From an uncultured Deferribacteres bacterium (GTDB taxonomy: Bacteria; Zhuqueibacterota; Zhuqueibacteria; Zhuqueibacterales; Geothermadaptataceae), in assembly GCA_964014485.1 (NCBI GenBank), contig CAXHAT010000117.1, positions 1 through 25,170 of the forward strand: 25,170 nt of DNA. The letters run 5' to 3'. Numbering within the stretch: position 1 is the first letter of the stretch; each line of letters begins with the position of its first letter. This document shows positions 16,543 to 25,170 of the stretch, in pieces. Both the position numbers and the translations under genes were made by a program. Below the pieces are notes generated by a model, which was given only the letters and a program-made list of their open reading frames with translations, had not been told where the DNA came from and made no database searches.

Positions 16543-17216
16543 TGAAAACGATTGGCGTACTCGGGGGCATGGGGCCGGAAGCGACTTTTGTGCTGTACCA
16601 AAAAATTATCGAAAACACTCCAGCCAAAATCGACCAAGAACACATTCCGACCATAATTTACAGCCTGCCGCAAATTCCAGATCGCACGGCGGCGGCGCTC
16701 AACGGTGGACCATCTCCGACGCCGCTCATTGTTCAAGGGTTAAAAGAACTCGAGAAAACACCCGCCGATTTTGTCCTTATTCCGTGCAATACCGCGTTCT
16801 ACTTTTACAAGGAATTTGCTCAGAAAACACACCTGCCGATTTTGCATCTCCCCAAAATTGTTGCGCAGCACGCTCAGAAAAAAAACGCTTGGAAAAGAGT
16901 CGGCGTACTTTGCACGGACGGCACGCGAAAAACCGGCGTCTATGATCAAGCGCTTGCCGAATTTGGGCTTGATCCAGTCTATCCGGCTGCTAAAGATCAG
17001 GAAAAGGTTATGACAAGCATTTACAGAATCAAAGCGGGTGAAAAGACGGCGGCGGAATTTACAGAAATTATAGCTCGGCTCCACGAAGGCGGTGCTGAAG
17101 CAGTCATCCTGGGATGTACCGAGTTGTCGATTGTTGCGTCACTCTTAAATGCGAAGCTGCCGGTGCTGGATTCTATTGAAATTTTGGCCAAAGAAGCGGT
17201 TCGCCTCGCGCTATGA
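16542..17216 (+). CDS. Aspartate/glutamate (amino acid) racemase family protein
   Basis: IGVLGGMGPEAT, IPDRT, catalytic PCNT and LGCTE. Confidence 0.93.
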   Translation: MKTIGVLGGMGPEATFVLYQKIIENTPAKIDQEHIPTIIYSLPQIPDRTAAALNGGPSPTPLIVQGLKELEKTPADFVLIPCNTAFYFYKEFAQKTHLPILHLPKIVAQHAQKKNAWKRVGVLCTDGTRKTGVYDQALAEFGLDPVYPAAKDQEKVMTSIYRIKAGEKTAAEFTEIIARLHEGGAEAVILGCTELSIVASLLNAKLPVLDSIEILAKEAVRLAL

Positions 17217-17263
17217 TTAGTCTCGCGGTGCTTTGTCCTTAAATATTTTTTCCTGACCCTCCC

Positions 17264-17501
17264 TAAGATGCTGTTTTAAGAGTCCCGCAGGGATGCCTGA
17301 TAATAGCCAGGCGATTTATCGCCTGGAACCGATGGTCTCCTATTATTTCAAGTCCCGCGAGGGACGCTTGAGGCTGGAAACGCGATAAAACCTCAACCGT
17401 CCCTGGCGGGACTCGACAAAAAACAAAACGTCATCTTCCCCGGAAGTGAACTTCCGGGCTACTTTCGACCGTCCCTGCGGGACTTTTAAAACAGCTTCTT
17501 A
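17264..17501. repeat. REP/BIME-like nested inverted-repeat element
   Basis: Terminal IR TAAGATGCTGTTTTAAGAGTCCCGCAGGGATG / CGTCCCTGCGGGACTTTTAAAACAGCTTCTTA; four GTCCC-N3-5-GGGA palindromes; two AGCC-type hairpins. Confidence 0.85.
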
Positions 17502-17533
17502 AACCCGTCTCTCCAAAATAAAAAACTTACGCT

Positions 17534-18628
17534 GTGACCTTGTCTGATGAAAAATTGATGCAGCGAGCTCTTTTTCTTGCTGCGAAAGGCCGTAATTTCG
17601 TCCTGCCAAATCCGATGGTCGGCGCCGTTATCGTTCGTGACGGACGTATCATTGGCGAGGGCTGGCACGAGCGCTTTGGCGGCGATCATGCTGAAGTGGC
17701 GGCGCTTAAAAATGCCGCAGAGAATGTTGAAGGCGCGACGATTTATGTCACCCTCGAGCCTTGCTCGCATCAAGGCAAAACGCCCCCCTGTTGCGAAGCT
17801 CTCGTTCAGGCAAAGATTAAAAAAGTGGTGGCGGCGATGGAAGACCCGAATCCGGCGGTTGCGGGGCGCGGGCTGCAAATGCTGAAAAACGCCGGCGTAG
17901 AAGTTGTTTGCGGCGTGAAAGCGGGCGAGGCGAAATCGCTCAATCAAGCGTTCATAAAATTCATCAAAACGGAACGACCATACGTTGTCCTCAAAGCCGC
18001 CCAGACTCTCGACGGGCGGATCGCTGATGCGAACGGTGCGTCAAAATGGATCACCGGGCCAGACGCTCGAACCTGGGTTCACGCGCTGCGCTCTGAATCA
18101 AACGCTGTGCTTATCGGGAGCGGAACGGCAATAGCCGACAATCCTTCGTTGACTGTGAGGAGAGTTGAAGGACGCCAGCCTCTTCGCGTCGTTTTAGATC
18201 GACGATTACGTATCGCTGAAAACGCCTCTTTGCTCACAGACGGCGCCCAAGATCAAACGATCATTTTTTTCAGTATAGCTGAAGAAAATGAAAAGAAGCG
18301 CGAACGGATCGCTAAAGCAGGCTGTCGATTGATTGCACTGCCTGAAGGCGGAGCGGAAGAGCATTTGAAATTCGTGCTCCAAAAGTTGGGAAGTCTTGGC
18401 GTTGCGCAGGTTTTGGTGGAGGGCGGAACTGAGATTTTTTCGGCGTTTTTACAATACGATTTGGCGGATAAGATTGCCGTCTTCATTGCGCCCAAAATAT
18501 TTGGAAAAGGCGGTCCGGCGTTTTCTATTCCGGGATTTACTGCAGAAGCCCCGCTAAAATTTTCAAATTACGCCTGGCGACAAATTAGCGATGATTTGCT
18601 TTTTGAGTCGGAGCTCAAAGAATATTGA
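17534..18628 (+). CDS. ribD: Bifunctional riboflavin biosynthesis deaminase/reductase
   Basis: PNPMVGAVIV, HAE, TLEPCSHQGKTPPC, TLDGRIA..SKWIT, DNPSLT, LVEGG. Confidence 0.97.
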   Translation: MTLSDEKLMQRALFLAAKGRNFVLPNPMVGAVIVRDGRIIGEGWHERFGGDHAEVAALKNAAENVEGATIYVTLEPCSHQGKTPPCCEALVQAKIKKVVAAMEDPNPAVAGRGLQMLKNAGVEVVCGVKAGEAKSLNQAFIKFIKTERPYVVLKAAQTLDGRIADANGASKWITGPDARTWVHALRSESNAVLIGSGTAIADNPSLTVRRVEGRQPLRVVLDRRLRIAENASLLTDGAQDQTIIFFSIAEENEKKRERIAKAGCRLIALPEGGAEEHLKFVLQKLGSLGVAQVLVEGGTEIFSAFLQYDLADKIAVFIAPKIFGKGGPAFSIPGFTAEAPLKFSNYAWRQISDDLLFESELKEY

Positions 18629-18746
18629 GAACTGATATTACGCAGTTGGCCAATGATACGACATTTGACAAAAACTTTGTACTACGCGTCATTAAGCGGC
18701 GCATAGCACCAGTTAAAAATTTTCCAAATTTACACTAAACTTTTGC

Positions 18747-19952
18747 ATGAAGCAACTCACACAACTTTTTCGCGGAAACCTGGCTTGTTTGGCCTTGTTG
18801 CTCTTTTCATGCACAGGTGAAAACCCGGAGATTGTTCTGCCTGAACGCCTGGATTTGTTTGACCGCTTTGCGACGCAAACTGTCGGGGGAGGGAGCGTTT
18901 TGCCCGAAGAGACGGTTACGATAAAGTTCTTTCCAGGCTCAGTTGAATTTCTTGCAACCGGCAAACGCGGACAAGTGAATCATCTGAAACTGGACGAAAG
19001 CCAGGCTGAATTACTTGGCGCGTTTACGGTTCCGGAAGTTTTCCCGGCGCCAGGTGAAGTTGGTTTGACAAGCGTGGCGTTCCATCCTGATTTTGAAGAC
19101 AACCAGTTTTTGTTCATGTGTTTTACGACGGGCGACAACAAGTGGAATCGCATTATCCGCCTGAAATGGTCGAAGGATTACGCCGCCGTCGTTGCATCGA
19201 TCAAAACGGTGATTGATATAGATCGCGTGTTTCCAGATGAGCCGCAACACGGGCTTTATGATTTGTGTTTCGGGGATGACGGCATGCTCTACGCGGCAAT
19301 CGGCGATGCAACGCAGCCGGAATTTTCACAGGATAAAAAATCCCTGTTGGGCAAGCTCATTCGAATCGCACCGCGCCTCGACGAAGCGGGCGGCTATGAC
19401 GTCCCGGCGGACAATCCTTACTTCGGCGACGCACAAGCGCGCCCGGAGATCGCCGCTGTGGGATTGCGCACGCCTTGGAGAATACTCGCCCATGAAGACA
19501 AAATCTACATCGCGGAAGTCGGTGAAAATTCTTTCGAGGAAATAGAACTTTACACGCCGGAACGACGCAATTTCGGCTGGCCGCTCTGCGAAGGTCATTG
19601 TGACGACGCAAGGTTTAGCAATCCTGTGTTCACCATCAGCCACCAGGACGCGTTTTACCAAACCGAAGACCCCGAACCGGCGATCAGCAACAGATTGTCC
19701 GTTTCCCTCGGTGTTGTCTATCCAGTTTCAGGACACGACCCGTACAACGATCTTCTGGACGGACGACTGCTGCTCAATGACGTCTTTCAAGGATTTGTGC
19801 GCGCCGCTGAAGTTGCGCCAAACGGCGCCTTGATCGACGATCAGCATATTTTTCACTATGATTTTGTCACGAGCATGGCGCTTGGGCCGGACGGGTTCAT
19901 CTACGGATCAACAATTTTTGACTCACACATTTTTCGGATTGTGCTGAAATGA
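18747..19952 (+). CDS. PQQ-dependent glucose/sorbosone dehydrogenase-family lipoprotein
   Basis: Lipobox LLFSC; GLTSVAFHPDF, FGDDGMLYAAIGD, LLGKLIRI, VPADNPY, GLRTPWR, NFGWP. Confidence 0.85.
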   Translation: MKQLTQLFRGNLACLALLLFSCTGENPEIVLPERLDLFDRFATQTVGGGSVLPEETVTIKFFPGSVEFLATGKRGQVNHLKLDESQAELLGAFTVPEVFPAPGEVGLTSVAFHPDFEDNQFLFMCFTTGDNKWNRIIRLKWSKDYAAVVASIKTVIDIDRVFPDEPQHGLYDLCFGDDGMLYAAIGDATQPEFSQDKKSLLGKLIRIAPRLDEAGGYDVPADNPYFGDAQARPEIAAVGLRTPWRILAHEDKIYIAEVGENSFEEIELYTPERRNFGWPLCEGHCDDARFSNPVFTISHQDAFYQTEDPEPAISNRLSVSLGVVYPVSGHDPYNDLLDGRLLLNDVFQGFVRAAEVAPNGALIDDQHIFHYDFVTSMALGPDGFIYGSTIFDSHIFRIVLK

Positions 19953-21310
19953 GATTCCTTTTTTTGACTGCCAGGATTTTGAAGTGGCGACGCAAACAAT
20001 TTGCAGGAAACGTCTTTTGGGGCGCGGTATTGCTGGCGCTGTTTCCGACCCAAGGTTTACTGGGGCAATCTTCCCTCAAAATCAGCGGCGAGCTGCGCAT
20101 GCGTGCGGAAGGGCGAGACAACGCCGATTTTAACTCGGAGCGGCTGGACGGCAAACTGTTCGTGCTAAACCGATTTCGTCTGGGAATCGAAAAAAACATG
20201 CGCCGAAATATTTCCGTTTTTGCGCAAGTGCAAGATTCGCGAATTTGGGGAGAAGAAGGCTCGTCTCTCGGCGCTTTGGAAAATCTGGATTTGCATCAAG
20301 CTTACCTGGACATTCAGCGGCTTTTTGGCGCTCAAATTTCCGCGCGGCTCGGACGGCAAATTCTTGATTTTGGCAGCGGCAGATTTGTCGGTAGGACTGA
20401 CTGGCACAACGTCGGACGGGCGTTCGGCGCCGCCAATTTTCAGTTCGGACGGCGCAAGCAGACGCTCAATATTTGGCTGGCGCATTTGCGCGACCAAAAC
20501 GCGCCGACGATCATGCGCAACCAGGAATTCGGCGGCGCTTACTTCAGCAAGAAAACGAGGCGTAATGATCTATTTGAAGCGTTTGCGCTCTTTTTCTATG
20601 ACGGACGAAATTACGACGCTTTGACGGATTTAGACGTGCCGATTGACCGCTCCGAAGAAACGAGCAGTCACTTGGCGGTCTGGACTTTGGGCGGGCGCTT
20701 GAAGCAACAACTATTTCGCCGTTTCACATTTGAAGCGGAAGGCGCCCGACAGCTTGGCAATCGCGGGCCAATTGACGTTCGCGCCTACACACTGGCCTTT
20801 GAGACGCGTCTGCAGCTTCACAAAAAACGACGTTTTGAGCTTATGGCCGGATACACGCTTGGTTCCGGCGATGATCCGGCGACCATCGAAAAGCGCGAAA
20901 CGTTTCTCACGCTTTTTCCAACTGGTCACCAATTTCTCGGTGTGATGGATTACGCCGGCATGAGTAACATCGCGTCGTTTCATGCCGGGCTGCGGTTTTG
21001 TCCCGCCAAGAATTGGATCATAGGCGCGAAGTTTTATTGGCTGGACTTGGCAACGGATGAAGATCACTGGTATCGTGCGGCAGGCTATCAAATCGGTTCG
21101 CCCGCCGAAATTTACCGCCGCGCCGTTGCTGGAGCGGGACGCAATTTGGGTGGGGAGTTAGATTTGTTTTTAGAACATCGATTTCGCGGCCAGATTGACG
21201 TGAAAGCCGGACTAAGCCAACTTTTTGTCGGCGAATTCATTGAAAACACTGGCGGTCTGCGAGCCGATAATTCTTACTGGGGGTATTTTTCGTTGACCAC
21301 GCGTTTTTGA
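19949..21310 (+). CDS. Alginate-export-family outer membrane beta-barrel
   Basis: GELRMRAEGR, RFRLG, FAQVQDSRIWG, DLHQAY, RLGRQ, GSGDD, LFPTGH..GVMD, LGGELD; C-terminal Phe. Confidence 0.85.
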   Translation: MRFLFLTARILKWRRKQFAGNVFWGAVLLALFPTQGLLGQSSLKISGELRMRAEGRDNADFNSERLDGKLFVLNRFRLGIEKNMRRNISVFAQVQDSRIWGEEGSSLGALENLDLHQAYLDIQRLFGAQISARLGRQILDFGSGRFVGRTDWHNVGRAFGAANFQFGRRKQTLNIWLAHLRDQNAPTIMRNQEFGGAYFSKKTRRNDLFEAFALFFYDGRNYDALTDLDVPIDRSEETSSHLAVWTLGGRLKQQLFRRFTFEAEGARQLGNRGPIDVRAYTLAFETRLQLHKKRRFELMAGYTLGSGDDPATIEKRETFLTLFPTGHQFLGVMDYAGMSNIASFHAGLRFCPAKNWIIGAKFYWLDLATDEDHWYRAAGYQIGSPAEIYRRAVAGAGRNLGGELDLFLEHRFRGQIDVKAGLSQLFVGEFIENTGGLRADNSYWGYFSLTTRF

Positions 21311-21370
21311 CAAACTCCTCAAAAGAACCTGCAAAGAAAAGCCCCGGCGCAGAAATGTGATAGCGTTCCT

Positions 21371-21401
21371 GTAAGCAGTAAGCAGTAAGCAGTAAGCAGT
21401 A
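21371..21401. repeat. Heptamer tandem repeat (GTAAGCA)x4
   Basis: GTAAGCA x4 plus GTA, between convergent genes, followed by degenerate complementary heptamers ending CAGCTTACTG. Confidence 0.85.
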
Positions 21402-21438
21402 TATTGATAACTAATTACAACTCACAGCTTACTGTTTT

Positions 21439-22758
21439 TCATTTCCCAATCGCGAAGAGATGGCGTTGCGCGCGAATGAACATCACGCCGTCGGAAATGG
21501 CGGGGGTGGACATCACTGGTTCGCCCATGTCGTTGGTGGCGAGCACTTCATATTCCGAGCCCAACTTGACAACGTCAATATCTCCGTCCACGCCCATGAA
21601 GTAAACCTTGCCGTCAGAAGCGACGGGCGAGCCGCTTTGCGCGTTACTTAAACGGTCCCGATAAATCTGCTCGCCGGTTCTGGCGTCCAGACACGTGACC
21701 ACGCCGCGATCGGTGGCGGAATAAAGAAAATCGCCAACGATCAGAGGCGTCACAGTGTAAGGCCCGCCGCGCCCGCTTTGCCAAACGAAGTCCTCGCCGT
21801 CCATCTTAACTTCGCCGCGCGCGCTTGTTTTAATGGCGTTGATCGGTCGCCCGGGAGGATAGCCGCCGGAAAAGTAAGCCAAATTGTTTGCGACGACCGG
21901 GGAAGGCGTTTTGACTTGAGCTTCGTCGTGAAAAGACCAAAGCTCACTGCCGTTTTTAATGTCGTAGCCGCGGAGGTAACGCCCCCCGCTGGCGATAAGC
22001 TGCGTCACGCCGCCGTTTTGATGGACGACCGGCGTCCCCCAAACGTACATTTCGTCTCGCGCGATACTCCAGATTTCATTACCGTTTTTAATGTCAAATG
22101 CGACAATCTTTGAGTCGCTTCGACGATCGAGCTGGATAATGAGCATGTCTTGATAAATAATCGGCGAACTGGCGTGCCCCCAGTTGCTGCTGACGTCTAC
22201 GAATAAGCCCTGATCGAGCAGTCCCAAGTCTTTCTTCCAGATGAGTTTCCCGTCGAGATCATAAACGAAAAGTCCTTCGGAACCCATAATCGCAGCGACG
22301 TACCGACCGTCCGTCGCCGGGGTCGCATTACATTGGCTGCCTTTTATGTGCCGCTTGGTTCGCGGCGTTCCTTCATGCGTAATTTGGTTCCAGAGAACGG
22401 CGCCGCTGGTTTTGTCCAGACAATACAATTCCCAGCGATGATTCGTCGCATCGTTCGACATGCCGACGCCTTGAATAACCGCTTCAAAAGAAGCGTTTTG
22501 GTCTGCACTAACCGCGGTTGAGACAAAAATTTTGCCGCCCCAAATCACCGGGCTGGAATGGCTCATCCCGGGAATTGGCGTTTTCCATTTGATGTTTTCA
22601 GATGTTTCAACATTCCATTTTTCGGGTAAATTCTGGTTATCGGCCACGCCCGACGCATTCTCCCCGCGAAAGGACGGCCAGTTTTGCGCGAATATTTGAC
22701 ATGCACCCAAAACAACAAAAGTTGCGATAAAAAATATGCGAAAGAATTTTGACGTCAT
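21439..22758 (-). CDS. PQQ-like beta-propeller repeat exported protein (BamB-like family)
   Basis: Signal peptide; NWPSFRG, NIKWKTPIPG..SSPVIWG, repeated SP/TP..W motifs, STPAISDG..IR..HLFAIG. Confidence 0.9.
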   Translation of the reverse strand: MTSKFFRIFFIATFVVLGACQIFAQNWPSFRGENASGVADNQNLPEKWNVETSENIKWKTPIPGMSHSSPVIWGGKIFVSTAVSADQNASFEAVIQGVGMSNDATNHRWELYCLDKTSGAVLWNQITHEGTPRTKRHIKGSQCNATPATDGRYVAAIMGSEGLFVYDLDGKLIWKKDLGLLDQGLFVDVSSNWGHASSPIIYQDMLIIQLDRRSDSKIVAFDIKNGNEIWSIARDEMYVWGTPVVHQNGGVTQLIASGGRYLRGYDIKNGSELWSFHDEAQVKTPSPVVANNLAYFSGGYPPGRPINAIKTSARGEVKMDGEDFVWQSGRGGPYTVTPLIVGDFLYSATDRGVVTCLDARTGEQIYRDRLSNAQSGSPVASDGKVYFMGVDGDIDVVKLGSEYEVLATNDMGEPVMSTPAISDGVMFIRAQRHLFAIGK

Positions 22759-22856
22759 TTTAGCTCACAGTGTAAGTAGTTCAAGGTATAGCGCTTCTCA
22801 AGATTTTATCTGATGAGTTTGCTTTGGAGAATCAATCAAAACCAAAGTTTTTCTCT

Positions 22857-23052
22857 CTACCTGACACTTTTTGTAAACTACATTTTCGAGCCGCCGAAAG
22901 CTCCGGTTTTGTCATTCTGAAGGAATCTTTGTTATCGTCCAGTGTAAATTATGCTCAAAAATTCAAGGGTTGGATCAAAATAGATGCTTTCAGCATGACA
23001 ATCCCACCCCTTTTTACCAGTTTTTGAAGCTTGAACAAAAAGTGTCAGGCAG
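22857..23052. mobile_element. 196-bp MITE-like element with nested IRs
   Basis: TIR CTACCTGACACTTTTTGT / ACAAAAAGTGTCAGGCAG (17/18); inner IR TTGTCATTCTGAAGGAATCT / AGATGCTTTCAGCATGACAA (17/20); no clear TSD. Confidence 0.7.
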
Positions 23053-23140
23053 CGAAAAGTTTTTTACAAGACCGTTTTGAAACATTGGTGTTTAATTTTT
23101 CCCGCAAACGCCAGTATTTTTTGCACGATCAAAAAAGCCA

Positions 23141-23165
23141 CAATAAATTTCGGTTTCGGTCGTAT
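23141..23165 (+). promoter_or_regulatory. Candidate ECF autoregulatory promoter
   Basis: CAATAAA..CGTAT just upstream of the ECF ATG; CGT is a common ECF -10 element. Confidence 0.3.
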
Positions 23166-23176
23166 TTAACAATACC

Positions 23177-23740
23177 ATGAGCGACTCAACCCAGGGAACA
23201 GAGCAAGGTCTGATCGAAAAAATCCGCAAGGGCGACGAACGCGCTTTTGCGACGCTCTTGCGGATTTATAACGGAAAAATTTACGGCTTTTTTTATCGCA
23301 CCTTTCGTTGTCCGGAAATCGCAAAGGATTTGTTTCAGGAAACGTTTTTGAGGGTTTGGCGCAATATAGGTCGCTTTGACGCGAATCGCCGGTTTGATGT
23401 TTGGCTTTTTACGATTGCGCACCGCGTTTCGATTGACGCAATCCGAGCGAAGAAAACGCGCTCAATTGTTGAAGCGGCGGAATTTGAAGGAATCGCCGGA
23501 GAGGACGACCCTGCCCAGCGTTTTTTAAAACAAGAGTTGGATGATCAGATCGCACTGGCTGTTGAAGAATTGTCAGAGAAACAGCGCCGGGTTTTTCTAT
23601 TACGACAACAGGCCGGACTGGCTTTTAAAGAAATCGCCGAAGTTTTGGACGAGCCGCTGAATACCGTTCTCAGCCACATGCACTACGCGGTGAAGAAGTT
23701 ACGGAAAATTTTGCAGGAAACTTATGATGCAAAACCATGA
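23177..23740 (+). CDS. ECF RNA polymerase sigma factor
   Basis: DLFQETFLRVW, WLFTIAHRVSID, LSEKQRRVFLLR..FKEIAEVL..LNTVLSHMHYA. Confidence 0.95.
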   Translation: MSDSTQGTEQGLIEKIRKGDERAFATLLRIYNGKIYGFFYRTFRCPEIAKDLFQETFLRVWRNIGRFDANRRFDVWLFTIAHRVSIDAIRAKKTRSIVEAAEFEGIAGEDDPAQRFLKQELDDQIALAVEELSEKQRRVFLLRQQAGLAFKEIAEVLDEPLNTVLSHMHYAVKKLRKILQETYDAKP

Positions 23741-24293
23741 AAACATCTGCGCCTGGTCAAAGGAAAAGCTGTGGCTTTTTCTGGACGACTCGTTGTCTTC
23801 GGAAGAAAAAGCGCTTTTTGAGGCTCACGCTGAAGATTGCGCCGTTTGCGCCCAGATACTCGATGATGCGATGCATGTTTTTGGCAGTTTTGAAGCGTCC
23901 CGCCTAGTTGCGCTGCCCGATGCGATTGTCGACGATGTCGCGTCACGAATCACTGCTCCTGCTGCAATCAAACCCATTCGAAAACAAACACAGGTTTTTC
24001 GTGTCGGCTTTGGAATTTTGGCCGCCGCCGCTCTGATTTTGTGGATGATTTCTTTGGGGGAAAAAGAGCCGCCAGACCATCTGCTGGACTGGAACGCCGC
24101 TGTGGTTGAAGCTCAGCTCGACAACATCGATGCGCGTTATTTTTCGCTGAAATACGAAGATCTTTTTGAAAAAGAAGAGACCTTGAATTTGTTCCAAAAC
24201 GGCGCTGACCTGGAGTTGGTTCGCCTGCGCGGACAGATACTCGATTTTGAAAAGGAACTTATATCGCTCACAATTCAACAATTCACGGAATAA
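23724..24293 (+). CDS. Zinc-finger (ZAS) anti-sigma factor
   Basis: HAEDCAVC (HxxxCxxC), one TM segment, overlaps the ECF gene end. Confidence 0.88.
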   Translation: MMQNHENICAWSKEKLWLFLDDSLSSEEKALFEAHAEDCAVCAQILDDAMHVFGSFEASRLVALPDAIVDDVASRITAPAAIKPIRKQTQVFRVGFGILAAAALILWMISLGEKEPPDHLLDWNAAVVEAQLDNIDARYFSLKYEDLFEKEETLNLFQNGADLELVRLRGQILDFEKELISLTIQQFTE

Positions 24294-24313
24294 TCAAATC
24301 AAGGAGTTGCCTG

Positions 24314-25063
24314 ATGAAAGCCAAGATAACTTCGTCACTCTTTTTAATTTTTACATTAGCCGCCTCCAGTATCGCATTTGCCCAAAAATCCGATGAAGAG
24401 GAAGCAATAAAAACACGGGTCGAGGCGCAGCGTGCGGCCGAGATCAAGCAGAAAATGGAGCAGATGCAAATGGAATTGCGTCAGCGAGAAATTATGATGA
24501 AAGAACGTTTGGGCAGCGCGGCTCAGGCGGAATTTGACACGCAGCGCGCGTTGGCCGCCGAGTATTACGCAATGGCGTCGTTAGTCGATTCTCCGTTGAC
24601 TGAAGAAAATGAGAAGGCGGCCCATGAATTTGCAGGCAAGCTCGGCGCGGCCTATGCGACTGAATTAGGCAAGCTAAAAGACAAAGACGAATCAAAATAC
24701 AAACGGACGGTCTGGAAGTATTTGGCCAAAAAACGAACTTTCGAATTAAGAGCGGGGGACAATCCGATCCGCTACGATTTGTTGGTGCAAACCTATAAGC
24801 TCGACCTCCGGGTGGAAGAATTGCTTGAGCGCCGCCAGAATGCTTCCGCCGCGGAGAAAACTTCTCTCAGGGCCGACTTGCGCCAGGCGCTCGGACAGTT
24901 ATTTGATCTTCGAGAGCAGGAGCGGCAAAACGAAGTGTTGGCAATGGAAGAGAAGCTCGAAGAATTACTTAAGACGATCGACTTCCGTAAAAAGAACAAA
25001 GACGTTATCGTCGAGAACCGCTTGAAGGAATTGCTGGGAGAGAGGAAGCCGCTGGAGTGGTAA
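24314..25063 (+). CDS. Exported helical/coiled-coil hypothetical protein of the ECF operon
   Basis: AAGGAG RBS, signal peptide ending AFA, E/K/R/L-rich helical composition. Confidence 0.85.
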   Translation: MKAKITSSLFLIFTLAASSIAFAQKSDEEEAIKTRVEAQRAAEIKQKMEQMQMELRQREIMMKERLGSAAQAEFDTQRALAAEYYAMASLVDSPLTEENEKAAHEFAGKLGAAYATELGKLKDKDESKYKRTVWKYLAKKRTFELRAGDNPIRYDLLVQTYKLDLRVEELLERRQNASAAEKTSLRADLRQALGQLFDLREQERQNEVLAMEEKLEELLKTIDFRKKNKDVIVENRLKELLGERKPLEW

Positions 25064-25067
25064 CGGG

Positions 25068-25102
25068 ATTATTTTCAGGGGGCTGCCCCTCAAAATGATT
25101 TT
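25068..25102 (+). terminator. Probable intrinsic terminator
   Basis: ATTATTTTCAGGGG-GCTG-CCCCTCAAAATGAT (12/14) followed by TTT, directly after the stop. Confidence 0.45.
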
Positions 25103-25170
25103 ACTGATGTTACGTGCAGTAAAGCATTTCCGAGACTCAACCGAAAACAGCATCTCATTACGGCTCGTTC

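Noticed and set aside
1..25170. tRNA, rRNA or riboswitch genes
   Set aside because: None recognised by eye; a covariance-model scan would be needed to exclude ncRNAs in 14150-15050.

Overview
Bacterial window with two halves. Left (1-14.2 kb, all genes on the minus strand): the upstream end of an extracellular contractile injection system (eCIS; Afp/PVC-like) locus. In transcription order it holds a GAF-AAA-HTH sigma-54 activator, an atypical receiver protein, an Afp15/Pvc15-like AAA+ ATPase, a variable accessory region, a DUF4157 protein with a C-terminal HExxH peptidase-like domain, a YkgJ-like Cys-cluster gene split by an in-frame TAG, a DUF4255 (Afp16/Pvc16-like) cap protein and a large tail sheath protein. 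Tube, spike and baseplate genes are not in the window and presumably lie beyond the left edge. The accessory region is built from a duplicated ~680-bp cassette (78-aa gene + palindromic element + first ~28 codons of the DUF4157 gene). One 78-aa copy is disrupted by a 125-bp MITE with a perfect 8-bp target duplication, and a third, more distant member of the same small-protein family lies between the copies. Sheath and cap share a repeated ~70-aa inserted domain. Right (15-25 kb): mostly ordinary chromosomal genes: a hyper-acidic Trp-punctuated protein in frame with a Nudix hydrolase, biotin carrier, Asp/Glu racemase, ribD, GSDH-type lipoprotein, alginate-export-type barrel, PQQ-like propeller, and an ECF sigma/anti-sigma/exported protein triad. 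Many intergenic gaps carry different REP/MITE-like palindromes. All family assignments are from motif recognition by eye; no searches were run.
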